From an uncultured Fodinibius sp. (GTDB lineage: Bacteria > Bacteroidota > Rhodothermia > Balneolales > Balneolaceae), in NCBI GenBank assembly GCA_913057775.1, contig CAJXOG010000010.1, forward strand, positions 40,523-104,522: DNA of 64,000 nucleotides, given 5' to 3'. A model generated the notes under the pieces. It was not told the origin of the DNA and did no database searches. It worked only from the letters and a program-made list of their open reading frames with translations. Position numbers and translations under genes: made by a program. Below, in pieces: positions 1-9,484 of the stretch (position 1 is the first letter of the stretch; every line of letters starts with the position of its first letter).

Positions 1-78
1 CTGTCCTGCCATTAGACGACCGGGCAATTATATGCCTTTTTCAACAGATGCAGATGATATGAATTTACACGTTCTGAA

Positions 79-1272
79 TCAAGAAGAAATTACACTTTTA
101 AAAACTTTACAATCCTGACAATTGCGGGGGCGACAATAGGATCTCAGCTGATAGATAGATCCAAGTTTTTGTTTATATAGAGAAGGGGATACATCGGTAT
201 TGTCAAAAAGTTTAAGGAGGGAAGAGGGAATGTGGGCCTCATGCTTTTGCCAAAGTGACCAGCAATGATTTTTAAGCTCTTCTTTGAAAAACAGATTTCC
301 TAGAAAATACATCGAAGGCAGAAACACTGTTCCGAAAAGAATAGAAGCCCGTTCTTGGCCAACACTTGGTTTTGTTTGGATTTCATCGAGTAGATCTTGC
401 CACAATTCTTTGGGACTATTTTGCAGCCATTCTTCGAAAGGGCAGTGGTGGATCTGCCAAAAAAGTTCTGTTCCTTGTTGAATGCGGAGCCGTGGGTGGT
501 TACCAGGGCGGCATCCTTTATGGTTCCATTTAATGGATTCTTGGATGGTATTTTTACTATCAGTATTGATTCCCGAAAGTTTTATAGCACGAATGCGAAA
601 CGCATTCTTTGAAAAAGTGTCAATATTTTCTTTGTAGAGAAGGTTGGCCAACTCGCGCATTTGATATCGATTGTGAGATATCCCAAGACCGTCAAGAAGG
701 CCGGTGATGAGCATTTTTATCCACCCCCGGGATGGAGGCAGTGAAGCATCGTAAAAAGCCAGCAGATCATCTACCTTTTCTTCAAAATATTCTTTGTGAG
801 CTTTTTGCAGCTGTTGAGCAAAAGCTTCGTCTGATATGAAAGAAAGTTGACCTGCACAGGGCAGTTCGGGTTTGCTTTGATATTGTTTCAGGAAAGACTG
901 CAGTGGTTGGGAAAAGTACGGGGCTAAACAAAGAGTAGGAATTTGTGTTTTATCACTTCTGAAGCTTTGGCATTCGGTAGAATTAAAAACTACGTGCAGA
1001 ATGACATTGTCAAAACCGGGATCAGTGTGGTGATTATGTGCCTTCCAATCAGATAGCGACCAGTGCAACTCAATATTTCCAAACCAGCGCAGGTTTTCGA
1101 TGGTTATTTCCGCAGATAAAAAGTCGGGCCCGTCCGATTTATTAATATGCCCCGTATTGTGTATCCAGACCTTTTGGCCGTCAACTGTTTTAAGATTACG
1201 AAAGTTGAAATGGCGGTTTTCCCAAATCCAATGAAGCAACTTCTCGTGATATGGAGAGGTTGACTTACTCAT
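79..1272 (-). CDS. DUF2851 family protein
   Basis: 397-aa ORF. The N-terminal block EKLLHWIWENRHF...GPDFLSAEITIENLRWFGNIELHWSLSDWKAHNHH...DNVILHVV matches the conserved DUF2851 signature as I remember it. Its ATG overlaps the stop of the upstream small ORF (ATGAGTAA). Confidence 0.7.
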   Translation of the reverse strand: MSKSTSPYHEKLLHWIWENRHFNFRNLKTVDGQKVWIHNTGHINKSDGPDFLSAEITIENLRWFGNIELHWSLSDWKAHNHHTDPGFDNVILHVVFNSTECQSFRSDKTQIPTLCLAPYFSQPLQSFLKQYQSKPELPCAGQLSFISDEAFAQQLQKAHKEYFEEKVDDLLAFYDASLPPSRGWIKMLITGLLDGLGISHNRYQMRELANLLYKENIDTFSKNAFRIRAIKLSGINTDSKNTIQESIKWNHKGCRPGNHPRLRIQQGTELFWQIHHCPFEEWLQNSPKELWQDLLDEIQTKPSVGQERASILFGTVFLPSMYFLGNLFFKEELKNHCWSLWQKHEAHIPSSLLKLFDNTDVSPSLYKQKLGSIYQLRSYCRPRNCQDCKVFKSVISS

Positions 1273-1558
1273 TCAGAATATTATCATCGCTTAATGGGAT
1301 AGTATCGGTGGCTTCATATAGATTGGGTATATTTTGTTGAATGCCTTGGTGGATATGCTTACGGAGCTTCTGGAGTTCTCGAGAATTTTTTCGTTTGGCT
1401 ATACGGCGCTATATTTTTGCCCACCGGTTCAAACCCAATGCGTTTTCTGACAACCAAGCTCTGTTTTGCTCTCCTTTCTTGGGTGATAACAGGAAGCCGG
1501 CAGCCAACCCTCCTAAAAATGAGGTGGTAAATAACAGGAAGTTTGTTTTGCGACTCAT
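1265..1558 (-). pseudogene. YtxH-like small membrane protein gene interrupted by a single in-frame TAG (1409..1411)
   Basis: Hand translation of the minus strand gives MSRKTNFLLFTTSFLGGLAAGFLLSPKKGEQNRAWLSENALGLNRWAKI-TAG-RRIAKRKNSRELQKLRKHIHQGIQQNIPNLYEATDTIPLSDDNILNE-TAA. The frame is the same on both sides of the TAG. A GAGAGG SD-like motif lies 6 nt upstream of the ATG. The N-terminal TM helix plus PKKGEQNR resembles the YtxH motif. Each half is under 60 aa, so the gene is absent from the ORF track. Confidence 0.5.
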
Positions 1559-1674
1559 AATGAACCTCTCTTTCTATTTTTTATTTGTCTTAACTATTAA
1601 TAATGTACAAAGCTGTTTCTTTATTATAAATTATTTGTAATAGTTTATTTTTAACAAATAAAGAGTCAAAGGTA

Positions 1675-2184
1675 ATGAGTTCCGGATCAGAATTAGTATT
1701 AATGAACAGGGACCGCATTTCGCGATCCCTAAACCGAATGGCACACGAAATAGCGGAGCACAATGTAGATGACGCTCCAATCGATCTTTTTGGAATAGGT
1801 GAACGAGGATATGCTGTTGCCAAAGCTCTGGAGGATATTTTAAATCCTATATTTAATGATAAAGTAAGATTATCTCATTTTACACTAAAAGAGAAAAACT
1901 CACATCATACGTTGGAAGAGATTGAATCACAGAAGAATCACTATCCCGTAATTGTAGATGATGTTATTTTTTCGGGTGAAACAATGTTTCAGGCCCTGAA
2001 AATTATTTCAAACTATGTTAAACCTTCGGAAATTCATACTGCAGTATTGATTGATCGCGGCCATCGTAAGTTTCCAATAAAAGCAGAATTTTATGGAATG
2101 GAGTTGCCTACAAAATTAGACGAGCATGTCGCAGTAGTCGTAGAAAATCAACAGTTGCAAAATGTTAAGCTGACAAAATATTGA
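1675..2184 (+). CDS. pyrR: bifunctional pyrimidine operon regulator / uracil phosphoribosyltransferase PyrR
   Basis: 169 aa. It has the PRPP-binding motif VIVDDVIFSGETM. The blocks RISRSLNRMAHEIAEHN and AVLIDRGHRKFPIKAEFYGMELPT parallel canonical PyrR blocks. Confidence 0.85.
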   Translation: MSSGSELVLMNRDRISRSLNRMAHEIAEHNVDDAPIDLFGIGERGYAVAKALEDILNPIFNDKVRLSHFTLKEKNSHHTLEEIESQKNHYPVIVDDVIFSGETMFQALKIISNYVKPSEIHTAVLIDRGHRKFPIKAEFYGMELPTKLDEHVAVVVENQQLQNVKLTKY

Positions 2185-2271
2185 ATAACGAAACTTTTAT
2201 AGGGTTAAAAATGTCCATATATTCGAGCTGAAAAATAAATAACCAAGGCGATTTTATTTCCAAATTATTTT

Positions 2272-3210
2272 ATGAAAAAATATTTTTCATTTGTTCTCTT
2301 CCTTTGTATTACTGTTTTAATAACCCCGCCGGCTTTAAGTCAAGAGGCTATTGAAATAAGTCGACTACTCGAAAATGATAGTGATATTTCCGTGCGGGAT
2401 ATGTCGAATGTGAACAGTAAAGTTGTGGTAGCCGATACCCTTCGAGGCTGGTCGTTGGATTGGGTGGGTGGCTTGAATGGATCACAGGCTTCGTATGATA
2501 ATTGGAGTCAGGGTGGTGTTAATACGATTAGTGTTACTGCTTCCACTGTTTTTAATGCGAAGTACCGAAAAGGTAAATTTGCTTATGCATTGGCAACCAA
2601 CTTTAAATATGGTAAGTCACGGATAGAGGATGAAGGGACACGGAAAACGGATGACCGTATTGCCATAAATAATAAATTCAGTTATCTGTTTGATGATGAA
2701 CGGTGGAGTGCCTTTGGCAATATCAATTTTAGCACGCAGTTTGATCAGGGATTTGATTATTCTACCGATCCCCCTACCGTGATATCTCGATTTTTTGCCC
2801 CGGCTTATTTTACACAGATTGGAGGTATCGCTTTTCAACCGGAAGATTATTTTACTGCTGAAGCAGGTTTGGCAATGAAGGAAACTATTATTTCTGATAC
2901 AGATTTGTCTACACGCTATGGACTTGAGCCGGGTGAAAGCTTCCGATTTGAGCCGGGTTATTCCTTAGCGATGAACTTTGAAAAGAAAATAGTGTCTAAT
3001 GTTCGATTAATTAGCTCCGTTGAAACCTTTACGAATATGCAGCGTCATATAGACAATACTGATGTCAACTTCTCGAACGAGCTGATAGGGAAAATAAATG
3101 ATTACCTCAATATGTCATTCCAGTTTGTAATGGTTTATGACAGCGATTTTTCTCGAGAGGTACAAATTAAGCAAGTACTTTCTGCCGGTCTTTCGTATAG
3201 CATACTTTAG
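2272..3210 (+). CDS. DUF3078 domain-containing outer-membrane beta-barrel protein
   Basis: 312 aa with a signal peptide (MKKYFSFVLFLCITVLITPPALSQ). The motif GWSLDWVGGLNGSQASYDNWSQGG is typical of DUF3078, and alternating beta-strand-like composition runs to the C-terminus. Confidence 0.7.
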   Translation: MKKYFSFVLFLCITVLITPPALSQEAIEISRLLENDSDISVRDMSNVNSKVVVADTLRGWSLDWVGGLNGSQASYDNWSQGGVNTISVTASTVFNAKYRKGKFAYALATNFKYGKSRIEDEGTRKTDDRIAINNKFSYLFDDERWSAFGNINFSTQFDQGFDYSTDPPTVISRFFAPAYFTQIGGIAFQPEDYFTAEAGLAMKETIISDTDLSTRYGLEPGESFRFEPGYSLAMNFEKKIVSNVRLISSVETFTNMQRHIDNTDVNFSNELIGKINDYLNMSFQFVMVYDSDFSREVQIKQVLSAGLSYSIL

Positions 3211-3241
3211 ATATTTTTGTAGGAAATATATTGATTGCAAC

Positions 3242-3268
3242 AAAAAAGCCCCGATTTGGGGCTTTTTT
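3242..3268. terminator. bidirectional rho-independent terminator between convergent genes
   Basis: AAAAAAGCCCC-gattt-GGGGCTTTTTT forms a perfect 11-bp stem (GC core) flanked by an A-run and a T-run. It lies between the stops at 3210 (+) and 3298 (-). Confidence 0.85.
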
Positions 3269-3297
3269 GTTTTAGTGTAAGTTTATTCAAGTGGAGC

Positions 3298-4827
3298 CTA
3301 TTCTACATCAAACTCAATGCCTTGGGCCAATGGCATTTCATCACTCCAGTTGATAGTATTTGTTTGTCGTCGCATATAAGCTTTCCATGCGTCAGAACCG
3401 GATTCGCGTCCACCGCCGGTTTCTTTTTCGCCACCGAAAGCACCGCCAATTTCAGCACCGCTGGTACCTACGTTAATATTGGCAATACCGCAATCCGAGC
3501 CACGAGCGCTTAAGAAGGTTTCAGCTTCCCGCATATTTAGTGTAAACATAGAAGAGCTAAGTCCCTGCTTAACACCATTATGCTTGGCAATGGCTTCGTC
3601 CAGATCACTGTATTTAATCAAATACAGGATCGGAGCAAACGTTTCTTCCTGTACAATGTCGTACTCATTTTCAGCAATCACGATAGCGGGATTTACATAA
3701 TGTCCTCCGTTAAGCTTCTTCTTTTCCAGTACTTCTCCACCGTAAACAAGTTCTCCGCCGGCCTCTTGAACTTCTTTAAGGGCCTGTTGCATGCTCTCGG
3801 CTGCTTGCTCATCAATAAGCGGACCTACCAATGTGTCTTCATCCAGCGGATTACCGATATTCACATCTTTGTAAATTTCAACCAGGCGATCTTTCAGTTC
3901 ATCAAAAACATCTTCGTGGACAATAAGGCGCCGCGTAGAAGTACAGCGTTGACCACAGGTTCCTACGGATCCAAAGACGGTTGCCCGGGCTGCCATTTCG
4001 AGGTCGGCATTTTCGGAAACGATTATTGCGTTGTTGCCGCCAAGCTCAAGAATAGTTTTGCCGAGTCTAGCACCAACGGTTTTGGCTACTTCTTTACCCA
4101 TCCGTATAGAACCGGTTGCTGAAATAAGGGGAATGCGTTGATCTTCCGTCATCCATTCACCAACTTCGCGTCCGCCGGTAATGAGGTTAAAAATACCTTC
4201 GGGAAGATCATTTCGCTTTAATACCTTGGAAATAATATTTTGGACGGCAATACCGCACAGGGGAGTTTTCTCGGATCCTTTCCAGATCATCACATTTCCA
4301 CAGATAGCGGCAATCATAGCATTCCAACTATAGACAGCAACCGGGAAATTAAAAGCCGAAATAATGCCGGTAATACCCAGCGGATGCCATTGTTCATACA
4401 TGCGGTGCTTGGGGCGTTCCGACTGCATGGTTTTACCATAAAGCATGCGTGATTGGCCTACAGCAAAGTCGCAGATGTCAATCATCTCTTGAACTTCGCC
4501 GAGCCCTTCTTGATAGATCTTGCCCATCTCATAGGTAACCAAGCGTCCGAGATCTTCTTTATGTTTACGTAGTTCGAGTCCTATTTGTCGGACTATTTCA
4601 CCGCGTTTTGGAGCGGGGATCATGCGCCACTCATTAAATGCTTCCTGTGCTTTGGCCACTACTGTATCGTAATCTTCGCGGGAAGTTACAGTAGTGTCGG
4701 CTATTTGGGAGCCGTCAATTGGCGTGCGACTCGATATCGTTTCTTCACTTCCTGATCCAAAAAACTTTTGCCCAGTGCTTGTGCCCAGGTTCGTACCTTC
4801 GATACCTAATTTCTTGAGAAAATCCAT
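3298..4827 (-). CDS. aldehyde dehydrogenase family protein (ALDH7 / piperideine-6-carboxylate dehydrogenase-like)
   Basis: 509 aa. It has the catalytic-region motifs ELGGNNA and GTCGQRCTS. The N-terminal region (EWRMIPAPKRGEIVRQIG...GKIYQEGLGEVQEMIDICDFAVGQSR) resembles the antiquitin-type ALDH7 family. Confidence 0.85.
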   Translation of the reverse strand: MDFLKKLGIEGTNLGTSTGQKFFGSGSEETISSRTPIDGSQIADTTVTSREDYDTVVAKAQEAFNEWRMIPAPKRGEIVRQIGLELRKHKEDLGRLVTYEMGKIYQEGLGEVQEMIDICDFAVGQSRMLYGKTMQSERPKHRMYEQWHPLGITGIISAFNFPVAVYSWNAMIAAICGNVMIWKGSEKTPLCGIAVQNIISKVLKRNDLPEGIFNLITGGREVGEWMTEDQRIPLISATGSIRMGKEVAKTVGARLGKTILELGGNNAIIVSENADLEMAARATVFGSVGTCGQRCTSTRRLIVHEDVFDELKDRLVEIYKDVNIGNPLDEDTLVGPLIDEQAAESMQQALKEVQEAGGELVYGGEVLEKKKLNGGHYVNPAIVIAENEYDIVQEETFAPILYLIKYSDLDEAIAKHNGVKQGLSSSMFTLNMREAETFLSARGSDCGIANINVGTSGAEIGGAFGGEKETGGGRESGSDAWKAYMRRQTNTINWSDEMPLAQGIEFDVE

Positions 4828-4978
4828 AGCTTTGGCTTCGTGATTTGTTAAATTTTGACCTTAAAATAAGGATCATTTTCATGATATGAAGCTCAGTTCG
4901 CAAATAATTTTCATCTGATATTTTACGTGATTTGCTCACAAGCATTCCAACTATAAATAAGAACCAAGCAGCTATACA

Positions 4979-5773
4979 TTGAATTTATCAACGGCATCTA
5001 ATCGACAACAGACCCTTCTTCGTAAATTAAATCGCAAAAAGTATCGCTATAAAGAGCGTCTATTTCTTTTGGAAGGAGCTCGTGCGGTACAGCAGGTGAT
5101 TGTGAATCAAGAGATACATATACGGACCTTGTTTTTTGACGAAAGTCAGCGGTACTGGGAGCAGGCCGACTGGAAAAGGATGACCAATGAATTGGAGGTA
5201 GCTACTTTATCACAAGAGCTATTTATGGAAGTCTCGGATACCGATACCCCGCAGGGGGTACTGGCGTTGTGTGAGATGCCTTCGGAGATAACAACTGAGG
5301 AATTAGCCTCCCAATCTGGGTTAATTGTTGCACTGGATGGATTGCAGGATCCGGGGAATCTGGGCACGATCATTCGTACCGCCGGCTGGTTTGGGGTTTC
5401 GGGTATCATCTCGGGAAAGGGTACGGTGGATATGTTTCATCCCAAAGTAGTGCGGGGTACGGCCGGGGCAACGGGTACGATCCCATTTATGAATGGAAAA
5501 TTATCCGAGGTTTTTGATACGCTTGAAAGTAAGGACTGGCAGGTTTTTCTGTTAGATTCCGGTTCGCAATCACGACCACTGCAAGAAATATCATCCATTA
5601 CAAAAGGAGTAATTGTGGTTGGTAATGAAGGGCACGGTATTCGTGATACGCTGATGACGGAGAGCAGAAGTCGTGTGCGGATTTCGTCACCGGTTGCCCG
5701 GCAAAATGTGGAGAGTTTGAATGCGGCAATTGCTGCCTCGATTGCACTGTATGATTTATCCGGTAAAATCTGA
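4979..5773 (+). CDS. TrmH/SpoU family RNA 2'-O-methyltransferase
   Basis: 264 aa with a TTG start. SpoU motifs are present: ALDGLQDPGNLGTIIRTAGWFG, VVGNEGHGI and SLNAAIAASIALY. Confidence 0.8.
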   Translation: MNLSTASNRQQTLLRKLNRKKYRYKERLFLLEGARAVQQVIVNQEIHIRTLFFDESQRYWEQADWKRMTNELEVATLSQELFMEVSDTDTPQGVLALCEMPSEITTEELASQSGLIVALDGLQDPGNLGTIIRTAGWFGVSGIISGKGTVDMFHPKVVRGTAGATGTIPFMNGKLSEVFDTLESKDWQVFLLDSGSQSRPLQEISSITKGVIVVGNEGHGIRDTLMTESRSRVRISSPVARQNVESLNAAIAASIALYDLSGKI

Positions 5774-5881
5774 ATTATTTAATTAAAAAATTGGCAAGTA
5801 TTGATTCTGACTGGCTTATTCGATAATCTGTTAGAAACATTTGCATAGTGGCTGTTTATTCCAATCTAAATTATTTTTGGT

Positions 5882-7210
5882 ATGGCTAAATCCAAGAAAA
5901 AGAAAATTTACGTTCTGGATACTTCGGTATTACTGTATGATTCTGAGGCAGTGAAGAATTTCCAGAAAAATGATATCGCTATTCCCATTACGGTACTCGA
6001 AGAGATTGATACGTTTAAAAAGGGCAATGATGTTATAAATCTGCATGCGCGGGAGTTCAGTCGCTATCTCGATAAGATATCCGACAAGAATTTATTGCAG
6101 AAGTGGATTCCCCTGAATGGTAAGACGCACGGCAAACTACGGGTTATCAGTAATGAAAATAGCGAGCTTGATGCGTCAAAAGTGTTTGGAAATGAAAAAA
6201 ATGATCACCGCATTTTGAATTCAGTGCTAAAGCTGATAGAGGAGGAACCGGAGAAGAAGGTGATTCTGGTTTCAAAGGATATCAATCTGCGGATTAAAGC
6301 GCGGTCGCTGAATATTGATGCCGAGGATTACGAAACGATCCAGATAAAAGATCTTGATCACTTGTATCAGGGCAAGAAAGAAGTTGCCTGTGACGATGCC
6401 ATCATTGATAAAATGTATGAGGATGGGAGGTTGCCCTATACCGATTTACAGGAGGAGAAGCCCAATAACAATCAGTTTTTTATCTTGAAAGGACAGTCGG
6501 GTTCGGCATTGGCATACTTTAATAAAGAAAGTGATTCTATAGAGCTGGTACAAAAGAGAACGGCCTATGGCGTAACGCCCCGTAATGCGGAGCAGACGTT
6601 TGCGCTAAACGCTATTCTGAATCCGGATAATTTGCTGGTGACGATTACTGGTGCGGCTGGTACAGGGAAAACTCTGCTGGCACTGGCCGGTGCGTTGGAA
6701 CAGCGACGAAACTTTCATCAGATATTTTTAGCTCGTCCCATTGTGCCGTTAAGTAATAACGATATAGGCTATCTGCCGGGCGATATCAACTCTAAGATTG
6801 ATCCCTATATGCAACCGCTCTGGGATAATTTGTCGTTTATCAAAAATCAGTTTTCCGAGAGCAGCAAAAAGTTTCAAAAGGTGGATGAGATGCTGGAAAA
6901 TGATAAGCTGCGCATTATTCCGCTGGCGTATATTCGCGGACGCAGTTTGTCGAACGTAATTTTTATTGTGGATGAGGCTCAAAACCTGACGCCGCATGAA
7001 GTGAAAACAATTATTACTCGAGCAGGCGAAAATACGAAAATTATTTTCACAGGGGATATTTTCCAGATCGATACACCATATCTGGATACCCAAAGCAACG
7101 GTCTATCGTTTTTGGTGGATCGCATGCATGATAATGAACTCTATGCGCATATCAACCTGGAGAAGGGAGAGCGATCTGAGCTGGCAAACCTGGCCAGTAA
7201 GTTGCTATAA
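5882..7210 (+). CDS. PhoH family ATPase with N-terminal PIN domain (YlaK-like)
   Basis: 442 aa. It has a PIN-like N-terminus (IYVLDTSVLLYD...ITVLEEID), Walker A ITGAAGTGKT and Walker B IFIVDEAQNLT. Confidence 0.85.
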   Translation: MAKSKKKKIYVLDTSVLLYDSEAVKNFQKNDIAIPITVLEEIDTFKKGNDVINLHAREFSRYLDKISDKNLLQKWIPLNGKTHGKLRVISNENSELDASKVFGNEKNDHRILNSVLKLIEEEPEKKVILVSKDINLRIKARSLNIDAEDYETIQIKDLDHLYQGKKEVACDDAIIDKMYEDGRLPYTDLQEEKPNNNQFFILKGQSGSALAYFNKESDSIELVQKRTAYGVTPRNAEQTFALNAILNPDNLLVTITGAAGTGKTLLALAGALEQRRNFHQIFLARPIVPLSNNDIGYLPGDINSKIDPYMQPLWDNLSFIKNQFSESSKKFQKVDEMLENDKLRIIPLAYIRGRSLSNVIFIVDEAQNLTPHEVKTIITRAGENTKIIFTGDIFQIDTPYLDTQSNGLSFLVDRMHDNELYAHINLEKGERSELANLASKLL

Positions 7211-7346
7211 ATTTATGCCACAGATATTTAAAGGGTAACGAAGATTTTTCATTTCACTGTGATCTATTCAAAATGACAGTTCTAATTTTCCTGTCATCTC
7301 GACTGCAGGGAGAGGTCGTTTGTTTTGAATCCGTTGAGATCCAATA

Positions 7347-8573
7347 CTAACTTATATCCTGGGCGGCAATCCAGCCGGTGGTCCAGGCTGACTGGAAATT
7401 ATATCCGCCGGTGATGCCGTCGATATTTAGTACTTCCCCGGCAAAATAGAGATTAGATATTTTTTTGCTCTCCATGGTACCCATGTTTACCTCATCCAAT
7501 GGGATGCCGCCGCTGGTGACAAACTCTTCTTTGTAAGTGGTCTTTCCCTCGATGTCATAAGTTGCGTTCGTGAGTTGTTCTGTGAGGTGATGGATGTTTT
7601 CATTGGAGAGTTCAGCCCATCTTCTTTTGGGATCAATCTCAGCCAGTTCCAAGAATCGATTCCACAAACGGTTAGGGATAGGAAAGGAGTCTTGTTTTTG
7701 TGCAGTTTTTCGGGCATTGATATCCCGAAGCTTTTTAAGCTTTAGTTGAACTTCTTGTGAATTAAGAGGATACAACCAGTTGACCTGGATAGTAAAATCG
7801 TAGTTTTGTTCATAGAGATATCTTGCTGCCCATGACGACGTTTTTAGCACGGCTGGGCCGCTCAGCCCCCAGTGTGTAATTAAAATAGGACCATCATGTT
7901 GATAGGAGGTACCCGCAATACTGACAGATCCGTTGCTCACTGAGATACCGGTAAGATCCTCAAAAATTTTTTCTTTGAAATTGAATGTAAATAATGACGG
8001 TACCGGTTCAATAATTGAATGTTCCAGATCTTCCAGCCACTCATAAGTACTGCGCCGATTGGAGCCGCCCGTGGCAATAACTACGGAATCAAAAATCTGG
8101 GGTTCATGGCCGCGAATGGATAACTTAAATCGCTCATCGTCCGTGGGTTGTATTGCTTCAATCCGATAGCGGGTGCAAATATCCACGCCATGTTTATCAG
8201 CTTCCCTTTTCAGGCAATTAATGATTGTTGCCGAGTCATCGGTGGTGGGAAACATGCGTCCGTCGCTCTCTGTTTTAAGTTCAACGCCCCGATTCTCGAA
8301 CCAAGATACCGTATCTGCCGGTTGAAATTGCTCAAAAGCCCAGCGGAGTTCGCGGCCACCTCTGGGATAAGCTTTTGACATTATTTCCGGATCGAAACAA
8401 TGGTGGGTTACATTGCAACGTCCGCCGCCTGAAATGCGAACTTTGGAAAGGACTTCGCGACTTTTTTCAAAAATAGTGACGTTGAGATCGGGATTCAGGC
8501 GTGCTGCGTTTACAGCAGCAAAAAATCCGGCAGCTCCACCGCCAATAATGGCAAGTTTGTTAGATGTTGGCAT
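7347..8573 (-). CDS. NAD(P)/FAD-dependent oxidoreductase, HI0933/BaiN-like flavoprotein
   Basis: 408 aa. It has an N-terminal dinucleotide fold IIGGGAAGFFAA...FEK, then GGGRCNVTH, and a C-terminal YFAGEVLNIDGITGGYNFQ typical of the HI0933 family. Confidence 0.8.
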   Translation of the reverse strand: MPTSNKLAIIGGGAAGFFAAVNAARLNPDLNVTIFEKSREVLSKVRISGGGRCNVTHHCFDPEIMSKAYPRGGRELRWAFEQFQPADTVSWFENRGVELKTESDGRMFPTTDDSATIINCLKREADKHGVDICTRYRIEAIQPTDDERFKLSIRGHEPQIFDSVVIATGGSNRRSTYEWLEDLEHSIIEPVPSLFTFNFKEKIFEDLTGISVSNGSVSIAGTSYQHDGPILITHWGLSGPAVLKTSSWAARYLYEQNYDFTIQVNWLYPLNSQEVQLKLKKLRDINARKTAQKQDSFPIPNRLWNRFLELAEIDPKRRWAELSNENIHHLTEQLTNATYDIEGKTTYKEEFVTSGGIPLDEVNMGTMESKKISNLYFAGEVLNIDGITGGYNFQSAWTTGWIAAQDIS

Positions 8574-8578
8574 ATTTA

Positions 8579-9400
8579 CTAAAGGTGGATGAACTCAGAA
8601 GTTATTGTATCGCCCCAGAATACGTTCGCATGAGCATCAAAATCATCGGTAGAATCGGTGGTTAGAAACCTACGTTTTCCGTTTTGTGAGCATTTCTCTT
8701 CAATTTCCGGATGTCGGTTTAAATAATCGCCCAGACTTTTAGAGACAATCTCACCTTGGCTTAGAATGGTGATATCATCTTGAACAAACTGCTTAATTTT
8801 GTCAATTAGCAGTGGATAGTGAGTACAAGCTAGTAGCAGAGTGTCTATTTTTTTGGACTGAGACAGGATTCCGTCTATATGTTGTTTTACGAAATAGTCG
8901 GCGCCTTCACTGTCAAACTCCTGATTTTCCACAAGAGGTACCCACATAGGGCAAGGTTCCTGGTGGATTGTCAATTTGGGGAACTGCTTTTTGATTTCCA
9001 TCACGTATGATCGGGAATTTACGGTACCACTTGTTCCTAGAATACCCACATGTCCGGTTTTAGAGTAGTTGCCAATTACTTCGGCGGTGGGACGAATAAC
9101 ACCAAGTACTCTTCGTTCGGGATCGATATTTGGCAAATCCTTTTGTTGGATCGTTCGAAGAGCTTTGGCCGAGGCAGTATTACAGGCCAGTATTACCAAG
9201 TGACAATTTTGGTCAAAAAGATAGTTGACACACTCCAGCGTGTAGTGATAAATGGTTTCGAACGAGCGGGTTCCGTAGGGAGATCGCGCGTTATCGCCGA
9301 GGTAGAGATAGTCATATTGTGGTAGCTCGCTGACTATATCTTTCATAACCGTCAGGCCACCGAAGCCGGAGTCAAAAATACCGATAGGGGTAGAGCGCAT
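8579..9400 (-). CDS. murI: glutamate racemase
   Basis: 273 aa. It has IGIFDSGFGGLTV and the two catalytic Cys motifs ILACNTAS and LLLACTHYP. Confidence 0.9.
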   Translation of the reverse strand: MRSTPIGIFDSGFGGLTVMKDIVSELPQYDYLYLGDNARSPYGTRSFETIYHYTLECVNYLFDQNCHLVILACNTASAKALRTIQQKDLPNIDPERRVLGVIRPTAEVIGNYSKTGHVGILGTSGTVNSRSYVMEIKKQFPKLTIHQEPCPMWVPLVENQEFDSEGADYFVKQHIDGILSQSKKIDTLLLACTHYPLLIDKIKQFVQDDITILSQGEIVSKSLGDYLNRHPEIEEKCSQNGKRRFLTTDSTDDFDAHANVFWGDTITSEFIHL

Positions 9401-9484
9401 GTAATGTGTTAGGAATTAATGATCGTGATGTTAGAAGCAAGACCTAAAACTAAGAAAAATATCTAACTTCCTAATTCATATTCC

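Noticed and set aside
2-118. Open frame running in from the left edge (…PGNYMPFSTDADDMNLHVLNQEEITLLKTLQS*)
   Set aside because: Only 38 codons are visible and no motif was recognised. It would overlap the convergent DUF2851 gene by 40 nt. It may be a real gene end but cannot be supported from this window.
1341-1640. 99-aa plus-strand ORF in the DUF2851-pyrR intergenic region
   Set aside because: It lies antisense to the much more gene-like YtxH-type frame, which has an SD motif, a TM helix and translational coupling to the next gene. Its own sequence is low-complexity with no start context.
3580-4122. Long antisense ORFs inside clear genes (3580..4122; also 16775..17323, 18124..18591, 22320..22910, 46896..47402, 49158..49574)
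   Set aside because: Each lies fully within, and opposite to, a gene with strong family motifs (ALDH, GlyRS, hydrolase, ABC-F, NhaA, HisRS). Their translations are low-complexity. They are typical shadow ORFs.
7273-7297. ATGACAG-N11-CTGTCAT hairpin between PIN-PhoH and the flavoprotein gene
   Set aside because: It has only a 7-bp AT-rich stem with an 11-nt loop and no clear T-run. That is too weak to call a terminator.
9401-9484. Nested inverted repeats (TTAGGAA...GTTAGA...TCTAACTTCCTAA) between the giant ORF stop and the murI start
   Set aside because: The arms are short (6-7 bp) and AT-rich, and the 5' arm is interrupted. It may help terminate the giant gene but is not convincing as a defined element.
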